From the IMG/VR virus record IMGVR_UViG_3300021197_001365, positions 13,736-77,735 of that record: a DNA stretch of 64,000 nt; one strand, written 5' to 3'. A program made the translations under genes and the position numbers. A model generated the notes under the pieces. The model saw only the letters and a program-made list of their open reading frames with translations, was not told the DNA's origin and searched no databases. Position 1 is the stretch's first letter. Every line of letters starts with the position of its first letter. Source of the stretch: a virus. Positions 49,717-58,247 of the stretch are shown here, piece by piece.

Positions 49717-50303
49717 TAAAAATTCTTATATAAATCAAGTACGCGTTTTATGTGATCTGGAAATGCCACATTATTACGCTGACTTGAGCTTGCTTGATTC
49801 TGAATACTAGCGCCTGCAATTGAGCGTCGCTCTTTGTGTTCATCTTTCAAGTAGTATGTAATCAAATCAAAAACTGCAAGTTGTAAATCTGCGGGTAAAA
49901 CAGCGTATCCTGCTTTATATATTACACGAACAGATGCGGGGCCACGAGCCCAATTCTTATACCCCTGTCCTGTTGTTCGATACAAACAATCTGTAGTCTC
50001 ATCAAGATAATATTCATGAGCTCCTGTAGTAAGAGTACTATAAGTTTGACTATAGTTATTTCTTTCTTCTACGGAAACTATACTAACAATAGGACTTTCT
50101 GTCAATTGTATGAGATATGTATCCCAGTTCACAGTGACAGTTTCAGTTTTATTTGTTGAGTAGAAATCTACAAAACTATTTGCACAATAAGTTTTTACGA
50201 GTTGACTCACGGAGGGAATGATAAAGTTTAGACGGCTATCATCTTTAGGGCTGCTGATGCCCTCTGCCGACTTATAATCATTTAATGTAACTAAATCCGC
50301 CAT
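49716..50303 (-). CDS. Head completion/head-tail adaptor (T5 p144-like)
   Basis: LVTLNDYK...VSQLVKTYC, YKAGY..LPADLQLA, FPDHIKRVLDLY. Confidence 0.88.
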   Translation of the reverse strand: MADLVTLNDYKSAEGISSPKDDSRLNFIIPSVSQLVKTYCANSFVDFYSTNKTETVTVNWDTYLIQLTESPIVSIVSVEERNNYSQTYSTLTTGAHEYYLDETTDCLYRTTGQGYKNWARGPASVRVIYKAGYAVLPADLQLAVFDLITYYLKDEHKERRSIAGASIQNQASSSQRNNVAFPDHIKRVLDLYKNF

Positions 50304-50315
50304 AAATTAACTCGT

Positions 50316-50344
50316 AAAAACTTGGGGCGGCGTACCGCCCCAGG
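50316..50344 (-). terminator. Rho-independent terminator after capsid gene
   Basis: CCTGGGGCGG-TACG-CCGCCCCAAG-TTTTT on - strand. Confidence 0.9.
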
Positions 50345-50383
50345 CCAACTAGAAGAAGTATTTCTTCCAGTTCAAACTCTATC

Positions 50384-51805
50384 TTACTGGAAAGGCCAGC
50401 GGATAGAAGGCTTGTTAGTACCAGAATTTGCAACCAACTCGTTAAAGCCAAGAGCTTGAGTTGCGACCAGTACGGTACGCTGCTCTTTGACAATGTAGTC
50501 AGTTTCTACGTTAACACCACGCAGACGCGGAGTCACATAGTTCGGCATATAAACAGCCAGAGCTGCAGTCGTAGTTGCTGCACCAGCAGCACCAAGATTC
50601 TGAGCGAGTTGATCAGTAGCGACTACGGGTGAACCGAAGACCGTACCTACCATACCACTCAGCTTAGTAGCCAGATCAGAACCAACTTCAGTAACGTCTG
50701 TAAAACCAGAAGCATCAATCAGCTCATAGTAAGCATCGGTGGGTACAATGTACGCAACCTGAGAGGCTTCAAGACCATACTTGCCCATTTCCTTACGCAT
50801 TGCGAGAAGGTTAGCAGGAGTAACTTCTGCCGTAGTAGAAGCGTCCAGGGCAGTCTGGGCAGATGCAGTAGCAAAACCATTAGTATCGTCAGTACCAGAA
50901 GCACCTACGAGACCAGTAGCATACCCGCCAGAGTTACCAACAAGAATAGCCTTGTCGATAGCGATAGCGTGTGCACGAGCCAGAGCTGAAGTAATCATAG
51001 GCAGTACTGAAAGAACGATTTGCTCGTCCGTGTCGTTCGTGATGAACGTACTGGAAATCAGTCGATGCGCTTGCAGGATTACCTGATTAACGTTATAGTT
51101 ATTATCACTTGCGCCAGCCTCTTCGAGGTTGTTAGCAGTAACATCCGCACCTGTAGCAGCCCAGCTTGCAGGCTCAGTATCAGGAGCGATCGGCAGTACG
51201 GTAGCGCCAGAAGTTACATTGATCTCTCGGAAGAGAGGAGCAATTTTCTGTGCTTGACGTACTTCTTCTTCAAACTGAGTTGATACGATAACATCGATAC
51301 CAGCTGAAGTAGTAGCCGTGTAAGTAACTTCTGCCTTCTCAAGCAAGTCACGACCAAAGTCAGTTTCCCAACCCTTGCGAGTAATTTTGCCTAGAATATG
51401 AGCAGAAAGCAAATCTTTAGCCATAGGCTTCAGATCGCCGGGAGCCTTGCGGCCAGTGAAGTCACGCTTGCTGGTACGCATAGCTTCGAGTTCAGCAGAC
51501 TTCTCTTCAAGATCAGTCTTGTACTTGTTAAGAATTTCAGTAGTATCTGCATTTTTAGCTTCAAACTCTTTCTGCAGATCAGCCATCAGGCGCTCAGCCC
51601 CAGACTCAACGCCTACTTTAATAGCAGACTGAACTTCTTCTTCTTTAGCAGTTTTAGCCATTTCGGCCTCTTCTACTTCTTTACGAGCAGCTTCAGCAAC
51701 TGCTTTTTCTTCGGCCTGCTTCATTGCAATCTTAGCAGCAGTTTCCTCTGCTACTTTCTTAGCAAAAGCATCCAGGTCGATTTCGGGAGTTTGTACTTCC
51801 GACAT
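50384..51805 (-). CDS. Major capsid protein precursor from internal start (473 aa)
   Basis: AAAAGGAGACGAAA-ATG (MSEVQTPEID) inside the 675-aa ORF at the protease/scaffold boundary. Confidence 0.75.
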   Translation of the reverse strand: MSEVQTPEIDLDAFAKKVAEETAAKIAMKQAEEKAVAEAARKEVEEAEMAKTAKEEEVQSAIKVGVESGAERLMADLQKEFEAKNADTTEILNKYKTDLEEKSAELEAMRTSKRDFTGRKAPGDLKPMAKDLLSAHILGKITRKGWETDFGRDLLEKAEVTYTATTSAGIDVIVSTQFEEEVRQAQKIAPLFREINVTSGATVLPIAPDTEPASWAATGADVTANNLEEAGASDNNYNVNQVILQAHRLISSTFITNDTDEQIVLSVLPMITSALARAHAIAIDKAILVGNSGGYATGLVGASGTDDTNGFATASAQTALDASTTAEVTPANLLAMRKEMGKYGLEASQVAYIVPTDAYYELIDASGFTDVTEVGSDLATKLSGMVGTVFGSPVVATDQLAQNLGAAGAATTTAALAVYMPNYVTPRLRGVNVETDYIVKEQRTVLVATQALGFNELVANSGTNKPSIRWPFQ

Positions 51806-52411
51806 TTTCGTCTCCTTTTGGGCTTTTGTAACCCCGTCCGGTGTGTCACTAGCTACCGATGAATTTTCATCCTTAGCCAGAGACTGACCGGCTAGATCTA
51901 CACTATTTTTGAAAGTTTTCTTAAAATCTTCGTATTCTTCTAAAGAATCAAAAGACTTTGAGAGCGAGAAAGTTGCTGCTTGATTGCAAGGTACCGATAC
52001 CACTGATACTTCAAACAACTCAGCATCCTTTATCTTTAATCCGTCAGTTTCCTCAAGGTAATCAGCATCCTTGACTCGGAAACCAACAGAAAAAGCTCCA
52101 AGAATGCCTTCTTTTACAAGCTGCGCTACATGATCTGGCGCAGACTTAGAAATTTTAGCCTTTAATTCAAGACCGTTTTCAGTGACTTTAAGTCCTGTAG
52201 CGCGTCCAATAGGCTTGTTATAGTCATGATTGAAAAGAATAATCGGATTCTTTTCAAAGTTATTTAGACCGCCTTTAGTCCATGCTCCTGCATCAATAGT
52301 GTCGCCCGCACGATCAAAATCGCTTGTGCTTGCCATACCGCAGATATGAACTCCTCCATCATCCTCTTCAAAAGCTTTGAAAGTAGAAGTAAGATTAAAT
52401 ATCTTTTCCAT
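50384..52411 (-). CDS. HK97-type prohead protease fused in frame to delta-domain + major capsid protein
   Basis: N-terminal NPIILFNHD..PIG, FSVGF, ELFEVSVVSVPCN protease; coiled-coil scaffold; HK97 capsid fold (DKAILVG, GTVFGSPVV). Confidence 0.93.
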   Translation of the reverse strand: MEKIFNLTSTFKAFEEDDGGVHICGMASTSDFDRAGDTIDAGAWTKGGLNNFEKNPIILFNHDYNKPIGRATGLKVTENGLELKAKISKSAPDHVAQLVKEGILGAFSVGFRVKDADYLEETDGLKIKDAELFEVSVVSVPCNQAATFSLSKSFDSLEEYEDFKKTFKNSVDLAGQSLAKDENSSVASDTPDGVTKAQKETKMSEVQTPEIDLDAFAKKVAEETAAKIAMKQAEEKAVAEAARKEVEEAEMAKTAKEEEVQSAIKVGVESGAERLMADLQKEFEAKNADTTEILNKYKTDLEEKSAELEAMRTSKRDFTGRKAPGDLKPMAKDLLSAHILGKITRKGWETDFGRDLLEKAEVTYTATTSAGIDVIVSTQFEEEVRQAQKIAPLFREINVTSGATVLPIAPDTEPASWAATGADVTANNLEEAGASDNNYNVNQVILQAHRLISSTFITNDTDEQIVLSVLPMITSALARAHAIAIDKAILVGNSGGYATGLVGASGTDDTNGFATASAQTALDASTTAEVTPANLLAMRKEMGKYGLEASQVAYIVPTDAYYELIDASGFTDVTEVGSDLATKLSGMVGTVFGSPVVATDQLAQNLGAAGAATTTAALAVYMPNYVTPRLRGVNVETDYIVKEQRTVLVATQALGFNELVANSGTNKPSIRWPFQ

Positions 52412-52700
52412 CTTCTTCTCCTGTTTTCTTAGCCAACTTCTCTAAGGGGTTTTTCTCCTTCTTAGGTTCGGGGGCTGGTTTAATACCGTGAATAGTATTC
52501 CACAGTTCAGGTTCGTACTTTTCTATCCAGCTTACTGCTGCTGTATAAGAACCCATTACTTTTAAAATTTCTTTCATTGTTAGATGCTTGGGACGAAGAC
52601 TAGAGTTTTTATAATCTCTTGCTGTCAATACTCCGCCGTTTTCGGCAAAGAATAATCCAAGTTCTCGCACTAACCTATGTTTTCTATTCCTCGTTATCAT
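52395..52700 (-). CDS. Hypothetical protein between portal and protease
   Basis: Overlap-coupled to both neighbours; helical and basic. Confidence 0.75.
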   Translation of the reverse strand: MITRNRKHRLVRELGLFFAENGGVLTARDYKNSSLRPKHLTMKEILKVMGSYTAAVSWIEKYEPELWNTIHGIKPAPEPKKEKNPLEKLAKKTGEEDGKDI

Positions 52701-53889
52701 CAGATTCCTTTGGTCGACCTCCTTCGTCTGGGTTTACTGCACTTCCTGCAATGTTTTGCGGAACACGAATATCATCCTGTCCGTCGAGTGTATCATACCC
52801 CAGAGAGTCTCTTGCTTCATTTATTGTAATAATACCGCCATTTACAAGGGCAGTATAGTATGAAGCTGCATCACGTAGCTCAGGTTGTAAAGCAGGAATA
52901 TCTGTTACGTCTTCTGAGATTTCAAATCCAAAAAATCTAGAGTATGCTGAGTTTATTTTTCGTACAATGGGAAGGACTGTTTCAAGGTAGTACATTCTCA
53001 TATTTGGACGAATATTTGCATTGTTACCAGAGTCCAACATAATCGGGGGGACTCCTAATGCTTTTAAAATAATCTTTTCATTTTCAGCAATAGCTACTTG
53101 GAAATCTAGCTCTTTAAAGTTTACATTTGAAATCTTATCAACTTCAATACCGCCATCAAGAATAAGAGGCCGTCTACCTCCTGCGTCTGGGCGATAACGC
53201 ATAGTCCAAGACTGAATCATGCGTTCTTTAATTTTTTCTGACAAAGTATTCGGAGACTTTAATACAAGACCTGGAACTGCTCCATTCTTAAAAAAGTTAT
53301 CTTGAAACTTTCTCATATTTGTGGTAAGCTGCATTGTTCTTACCGCAGGCTTAAGTCTTGATGTTCCTCGAAAAATTGAATAAAAAGAATTTTCTTTTAT
53401 ATGTATGATTTCTCCAGGAGCATAATCTACGTCATTATAAGTATACTTTTCAATATATGTTTTACTATCCGCATGAATTGTCACATTGTCTGCGGGAAGA
53501 TGGTATAAATGAGCACCATCATAGTATATAAAAATATTACCATCAAGAAGATAATCAGTAACTAAGTTACGCTTAAAGGAACTAATATCTTGAAAAAGGT
53601 TTGGTTCTTTATTTAAAAGAGAATCGACACGTGCACGTCGAAGACCTTTTATAACTCCATTTGTTGCTACTCGATTAACTGTTGCAGGAATCTCTGCAAC
53701 GTCATCTACAATAAGGTTGACACCTCGATTAACAATTTCTAGATTTTCGTAGAATTGCTCGTAATTTGCAGTAAATTCACGAGAAGATTCACTTGTGCGG
53801 CCTAGGTATTCCTGAATTGGATTCAGCTTTTCCAAATCGGCTTCTTCTTTTTTCTGTCCTCCACCGAATATGTTATTATACCAAGCCAT
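52684..53889 (-). CDS. HK97-family portal protein (T5 pb7-like)
   Basis: LLDGNIF, IIHIK, FFKNGAVPG, ALGVPP, GIITINEAR. Confidence 0.95.
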   Translation of the reverse strand: MAWYNNIFGGGQKKEEADLEKLNPIQEYLGRTSESSREFTANYEQFYENLEIVNRGVNLIVDDVAEIPATVNRVATNGVIKGLRRARVDSLLNKEPNLFQDISSFKRNLVTDYLLDGNIFIYYDGAHLYHLPADNVTIHADSKTYIEKYTYNDVDYAPGEIIHIKENSFYSIFRGTSRLKPAVRTMQLTTNMRKFQDNFFKNGAVPGLVLKSPNTLSEKIKERMIQSWTMRYRPDAGGRRPLILDGGIEVDKISNVNFKELDFQVAIAENEKIILKALGVPPIMLDSGNNANIRPNMRMYYLETVLPIVRKINSAYSRFFGFEISEDVTDIPALQPELRDAASYYTALVNGGIITINEARDSLGYDTLDGQDDIRVPQNIAGSAVNPDEGGRPKESDDNEE

Positions 53890-54241
53890 GCTTTCCTCTT
53901 TGAATCTCTACCCAGCGCTGCTGCTTTGGGGCTGAGTACAGGGTGGGATTTCTCCCATAAATAGAATGTAATTTTAAATGATGCGTATGGCAGAGAGTTA
54001 CAGTATAATCGTAAAGCTCTTCAATATGCTCATTAATAAATTCATCGCGAAACTCTCTTATATCCTGTAAATCGTAGCCTACTTCGTCCACCCATTTGTA
54101 CAGGAGAGGGCTCAAGCTATAGTAATGATGAAAATCTAACTCTGTTTCCTTTCCGCAAATATAGCACTCGGTCGCTTTTTCATACCTTGCTTTTGCTTTG
54201 TCCCGAATGTACTTTACGGGATCTCGTTTCAGCTCTTTCAT
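53876..54241 (-). CDS. HNH endonuclease (T5 nicking/packaging-associated nuclease-like)
   Basis: CYICG...LDFHH...VTLCHTHHLKLH; between terL and portal as in T5. Confidence 0.85.
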   Translation of the reverse strand: MKELKRDPVKYIRDKAKARYEKATECYICGKETELDFHHYYSLSPLLYKWVDEVGYDLQDIREFRDEFINEHIEELYDYTVTLCHTHHLKLHSIYGRNPTLYSAPKQQRWVEIQRGKHGLV

Positions 54242-54270
54242 CTTTGAATCTATTACTTTTTATTACCGAA

Positions 54271-54310
54271 ATTATATCTCGAGGAAACTAAATTGTCAAC
54301 TACTATTTTT
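54271..54310 (-). promoter_or_regulatory. sigma70-type promoter for head operon
   Basis: AAAAATAGTAG-TTGACA (54299-54294), 17 bp, TATAAT (54276-54271). Confidence 0.88.
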
Positions 54311-54323
54311 GAGTTGGTTAAAA

Positions 54324-55628
54324 TTAGAAACTAGTAATTGAGGTTTCGAACGAATATAGTGCATATCGAAGTGCATCTGCCATGTGTGATGCCATATTGT
54401 GTTTTGGCTTTTCTCTTGCTAGATTTAAGTTCGGATCCCACTGATACTGATCTAGAGACATCAAAGAGTGCTTACATTTTTGGTCGACAAATAATAAGTC
54501 ATTATCTACGATTCCAGCAACATGAGCAATACCATCTAGCACAGACTTTTTAGCATTAACTGTTGTAATATCGTAATTTTGAGCAAAATCAAATCGAGTT
54601 TGCTGAGCTGCTGAGTCAATATAAATGTAGTCAATTTCCCATTTTTCCATCAGTCTACGAATTTCAACTGCGTGTTGTTCTGTTGTTCGTTCTGCATCTA
54701 AATATTCATCTAACAAGTAGTAAACTTTTTCGTCCCAGTCGTATGCAATCACACAAAAAGCAGTAGGGTCTCTATACCCTACGTCTAGGCCTGCGAATAC
54801 ATCGAATCCTTTGAGCTCGAGTTCTTGGTTATTTGCGATACACTTTTCGTGATTGAAATTCCATATCTGGCCCTCATAAGTATTAAAGTCAGCTTCATAT
54901 TCCTGTCGAAATTCGGCTTCGGACATACTTTTGCGAGCCTCTTCAACATCTGTTTCAGACATTCTCGGATTATCTCGGAAAGTTGCTCGGATTGATGCCC
55001 ATTCTGGAAATTCATTTGAAAACCCTCTGTTAAAAAATTCTGCGAACCAATTGTTCTTACCTCGAGGAGTAGATATAAAAAGTGCTTTTGAGTTGTCTTT
55101 GTCAAGAGTCGGTCGAAGAGCTACATTAAAAGCTTCTTTACCGTCAGCAAGTGCTGCCTCATCAAAAATAATCAGATCGTAACTTCTACCCACACAAGAA
55201 TCTACCTGATTAACAGATCCCATACGTATAGTAGACCCATTAGTCAGTTCAATTACTTTATCTTTTGCGTTATCCTTTGCTACCTCTAAATCAAAATGTT
55301 TAATAAGTTGACGTTGTAAATCGAAAGAAATCTGAGACAAGGCGTAGTTGGGAGACATGATTAAGATATGAGAGTTGGGTACTAATGATACTAATTGCCC
55401 AATTATGTTCGCGATGTATGTTTTGCCCTGCCTCCTTGAAATTGCTGCGGAGACAAAGCGATATTTGTCATTATTTATCGCGTTAATGATCGCCTTTTGA
55501 GACGGTAGAGGTTCTATGCCGAGTAGATCCAAATAAGGATCTACTGGTAGCTTTAGAAACCTTGTCTCAGATTGTAAATCGATAATTTTTTCTGAAGGGA
55601 CATCCCTTCTACTTACTTCAATTCCCAT
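54324..55628 (-). CDS. terL: Terminase large subunit
   Basis: SRRQGKT, IIFDEAA, ISTPRGKN, GLDVGYRDPTA, HMADALRYA. Confidence 0.96.
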   Translation of the reverse strand: MGIEVSRRDVPSEKIIDLQSETRFLKLPVDPYLDLLGIEPLPSQKAIINAINNDKYRFVSAAISRRQGKTYIANIIGQLVSLVPNSHILIMSPNYALSQISFDLQRQLIKHFDLEVAKDNAKDKVIELTNGSTIRMGSVNQVDSCVGRSYDLIIFDEAALADGKEAFNVALRPTLDKDNSKALFISTPRGKNNWFAEFFNRGFSNEFPEWASIRATFRDNPRMSETDVEEARKSMSEAEFRQEYEADFNTYEGQIWNFNHEKCIANNQELELKGFDVFAGLDVGYRDPTAFCVIAYDWDEKVYYLLDEYLDAERTTEQHAVEIRRLMEKWEIDYIYIDSAAQQTRFDFAQNYDITTVNAKKSVLDGIAHVAGIVDNDLLFVDQKCKHSLMSLDQYQWDPNLNLAREKPKHNMASHMADALRYALYSFETSITSF

Positions 55629-55631
55629 AAG

Positions 55632-56003
55632 TTACTGCTCTATTTTTGTTGCATCTCTATAGTAGATAATTATTTCTTTTTGCTGACGTATGTATCTACG
55701 TAGTTCTTGTAGATTAAATGCCATATTTTCATAGTCTTGGGGAGTCATTCCAAATATTACAAAGGTTGAATCCTGCATTTTACTTATACGAGCGATCTGC
55801 TCTTCTAAATTTTTTTCTGTGACTACAAAAAATTCTACATCCTGCAAATCTATTTTTCTAGGGAGTTGAGGCTGATAGATCTCCAGTGTTTTATACTCGG
55901 TTACAGTTTTTATGATCGGCTCGGGGGTTGGTAGAGGATCATTTTTCATAAAAGAACAACCAGATAAAAGTAGTATAGTTAAAAAACTAGTTAATGTCCG
56001 CAT
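55632..56003 (-). CDS. Outer-membrane spanin (Rz1-like lipoprotein)
   Basis: MRTLTSFLTILLLSG-C lipobox, Pro-rich linker, C-terminal coiled coil; overlaps 3' end of i-spanin. Confidence 0.8.
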   Translation of the reverse strand: MRTLTSFLTILLLSGCSFMKNDPLPTPEPIIKTVTEYKTLEIYQPQLPRKIDLQDVEFFVVTEKNLEEQIARISKMQDSTFVIFGMTPQDYENMAFNLQELRRYIRQQKEIIIYYRDATKIEQ

Positions 56004-56409
56004 TTTGCACCTCTTCACTATCTTTCTCTATTTGTTCAAATACTTTTTTTGTTCCATTGTTTATTCTTGGTTCTATTAAACCTGGTTTAGCTCGTGCTAA
56101 TCTAGTAAGATCATGACGTTTAAAAATAGATAAGTAATCTTCCATCTCTGCTTGCATTTCATTATTTGCCTCAGTAAGTTTTCCTACCGCCTCTAGTTGT
56201 AATTTTAAATTGTTTTCTGCTTGTTCTCTAGAGGCTGTCTCAGTTTCAAGGGCTGTTTCCAAACGCATAGAGTTTTCTTTTAGTACTACATTATTCTTTT
56301 CTAACTGGGCAATAGCTGTTTCTCGTTTTCCTATTTCCAGTGTGTGATACCCGTATGCTCCAGCACCTACAACTGCTAATAGGGGGAGCATTTTAATTAG
56401 TCCTAGCAT
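55987..56409 (-). CDS. Inner-membrane spanin (Rz-like)
   Basis: N-terminal TM followed by long coiled coil; AKPGLIE..IN motif. Confidence 0.8.
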   Translation of the reverse strand: MLGLIKMLPLLAVVGAGAYGYHTLEIGKRETAIAQLEKNNVVLKENSMRLETALETETASREQAENNLKLQLEAVGKLTEANNEMQAEMEDYLSIFKRHDLTRLARAKPGLIEPRINNGTKKVFEQIEKDSEEVQNADIN

Positions 56410-56726
56410 TAGTATATCTTCCTTAAGTCATACCCTACAGGAGCTACGACTTTAATTTCATGTTTTACACCGAGCAAGTCTACAAAAATAATATGAGTTG
56501 TACTAATCTTTATCATTTGCTTTGCTCGATAAGTTTTAGGAGACCCACTTTCTATTCTTGAGCCATCCTCTAAAAAATGTGTATCTCCAGGAAAAAATAC
56601 TGTAAGCTCCCACTCTTCTCGAACAAGAGTACGCCACCAATGTTTTATTTTTGCCCAGAGCCCAACAGTTACAAGTTCTTCCTCTTGTTTTTGCTCAATC
56701 TTTTGGTTCATGTTTACGATGTCCAT
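56409..56726 (-). CDS. Hypothetical protein
   Basis: Overlap-coupled in the lysis block. Confidence 0.65.
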   Translation of the reverse strand: MDIVNMNQKIEQKQEEELVTVGLWAKIKHWWRTLVREEWELTVFFPGDTHFLEDGSRIESGSPKTYRAKQMIKISTTHIIFVDLLGVKHEIKVVAPVGYDLRKIY

Positions 56727-57270
56727 TCCACGCTACAAAGCCTCCTAGACGGAGTGCCCAGTATGCTAAGTAGTTTAAAAGTTTAAATCCATTTTGCTCA
56801 ATACAGATGTCTCGAAATAATGTATCCATCCATTTTTGAGATTTGTCGCCTATACCGGTTCGATCACTTCTTAGGAGTGTCCCGTACTTATAGCCATAAT
56901 CGTGAATAAGACCGCCCATAAGCAAGACGCCAGTGGGTGAAAGCCACATTGCAAGAAACTTAGGTACTGATGCACCATCAAATTCGAAACCTTGGGGTAT
57001 AACATACTCTTCTCCTTTCAAAGAGAAATAAAAGTCTTTTGTTATTTCCCAGTGCCTAACGCCGAGCAGCCACATCCAGACTGCTTTCCAAAATCCTTTA
57101 TCGGCTGTTTCGATTTTAATAGGACTCATTTGAGGCATTTCAGTATAATAGAATCCTACTCGATCCTCTCCTTGTCCGTCAAAAACACTTGCTATAAATC
57201 CTATGAGTATAAGAGATATAACAACAGTCCATTGCCAGAAAGTGACTGCCATGTCTAGTATAAATTCCAT
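56695..57270 (-). CDS. DUF1353 family protein with N-terminal TM
   Basis: IPQGFEFDGASVP, LIHDYGY, D.LF, YWALRLGG. Confidence 0.85.
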   Translation of the reverse strand: MEFILDMAVTFWQWTVVISLILIGFIASVFDGQGEDRVGFYYTEMPQMSPIKIETADKGFWKAVWMWLLGVRHWEITKDFYFSLKGEEYVIPQGFEFDGASVPKFLAMWLSPTGVLLMGGLIHDYGYKYGTLLRSDRTGIGDKSQKWMDTLFRDICIEQNGFKLLNYLAYWALRLGGFVAWNGHRKHEPKD

Positions 57271-57597
57271 TTACTTCTTTCCACTCCATGCCTGTGCTCC
57301 AAAAAACGCGGCTACGATACCTGCAACAGACACAAAATATACTGCTGCCATGTCTCCTAAGATTGTGGCGGCTTGATGTAACTCAAATATCTCTGTTGCC
57401 ATTACAGTAGCGGGATAAAGAAGCATCCCTGCAAGGGCAAACCAAGTCATACTACGTTGAGCATCTCGCATTGCATCCTGGTCTTCTAACTCTTTACGCT
57501 TGAACTCCAGAAACATTGCCTTCTCTTCCGCATCTACTACATTGTCTCCATTTACATCTGCAGGATGATACCCTGCTTTTTCAATATCTTCTCCCAT
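57271..57597 (-). CDS. Holin-like 2-TM membrane protein with N-terminal EF-hand-like loop
   Basis: DVNGDNVVDAEE loop; TMs WFALAGMLLYPATVMA and AAVYFVSVAGIVAAFFGA; basic C-end; TAATG coupling. Confidence 0.65.
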   Translation of the reverse strand: MGEDIEKAGYHPADVNGDNVVDAEEKAMFLEFKRKELEDQDAMRDAQRSMTWFALAGMLLYPATVMATEIFELHQAATILGDMAAVYFVSVAGIVAAFFGAQAWSGKK

Positions 57598-57902
57598 TAC
57601 CACTTTACCTTATCTGCCCAGTAAGCTGCGCTCATCTTTCCACGAGCTATATTCTTACGGTGCCGGGCCTTAAAAGAGGCGCGCTTCTTTTTCATACGCG
57701 TACTTTCTCCCGCTTTTGGTTTTCCTGCGGTTTTTGCACCTTGTTGTCCAAAACGAATAGTTTTAATTTTACTGCCCACTTTTGCTACAACTATGTGCGA
57801 TTTTTTGGCATGGCTAGGAGTACGCTTTGGTTTATTATATCCGGATACTCCTGCCTTTTTTAGCCTTGAGTCTCGCTTTTTACCTTTTCTTTTTACTGCC
57901 AC
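57597..57902 (-). CDS. Highly basic small protein (DUF6321-like)
   Basis: GYNKPKRTP, KTIRFGQQG, RASFKARH, SAAYWADKVKW. Confidence 0.8.
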   Translation of the reverse strand: MAVKRKGKKRDSRLKKAGVSGYNKPKRTPSHAKKSHIVVAKVGSKIKTIRFGQQGAKTAGKPKAGESTRMKKKRASFKARHRKNIARGKMSAAYWADKVKW

Positions 57903-58170
57903 GTCTAGTTCTCGTTTTCCGCTTGGTAAATGTTCTTACCATAGTCGGCTTGCCGCCTGGGTTACCTGCTGCTCTCTTACGACGAATTGCAGATCTTTTC
58001 TGCGCTTTTGTCATACGAGCAGCCTTGGAAGCGGGCACACACTTAGGGTACTTTCCTTTTTTTGAAGTCTTACGACCACAAGATTTATATCCCCCGCCTT
58101 TTTTTGGGCGGGAGATATCTACCCATTTCTGTTTAAACCACTTAGTTAAACCACCCTTCGGCTTTGCCAT
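57880..58170 (-). CDS. Highly basic small protein (DUF5872-like)
   Basis: GGLTKWFKQKWVDI, CGR...YPKCVP, K.SAIRRKR. Confidence 0.8.
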   Translation of the reverse strand: MAKPKGGLTKWFKQKWVDISRPKKGGGYKSCGRKTSKKGKYPKCVPASKAARMTKAQKRSAIRRKRAAGNPGGKPTMVRTFTKRKTRTRRGSKKKR

Positions 58171-58247
58171 TACTTTTTCTTTTTGCCCTTACCTTTTTTA
58201 GCTGGACGTCCTCGTTTTTTACCATAAGTTCCCTTACCTGCTGGCAT
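58170..58247 (-). CDS. 25-aa basic AT-hook peptide MPAGKGTYGKKRGRPAKKGKGKKKK
   Basis: TAATG coupling at both ends; GGGGAG RBS; below ORF-track cutoff. Confidence 0.75.
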   Translation of the reverse strand: MPAGKGTYGKKRGRPAKKGKGKKKK

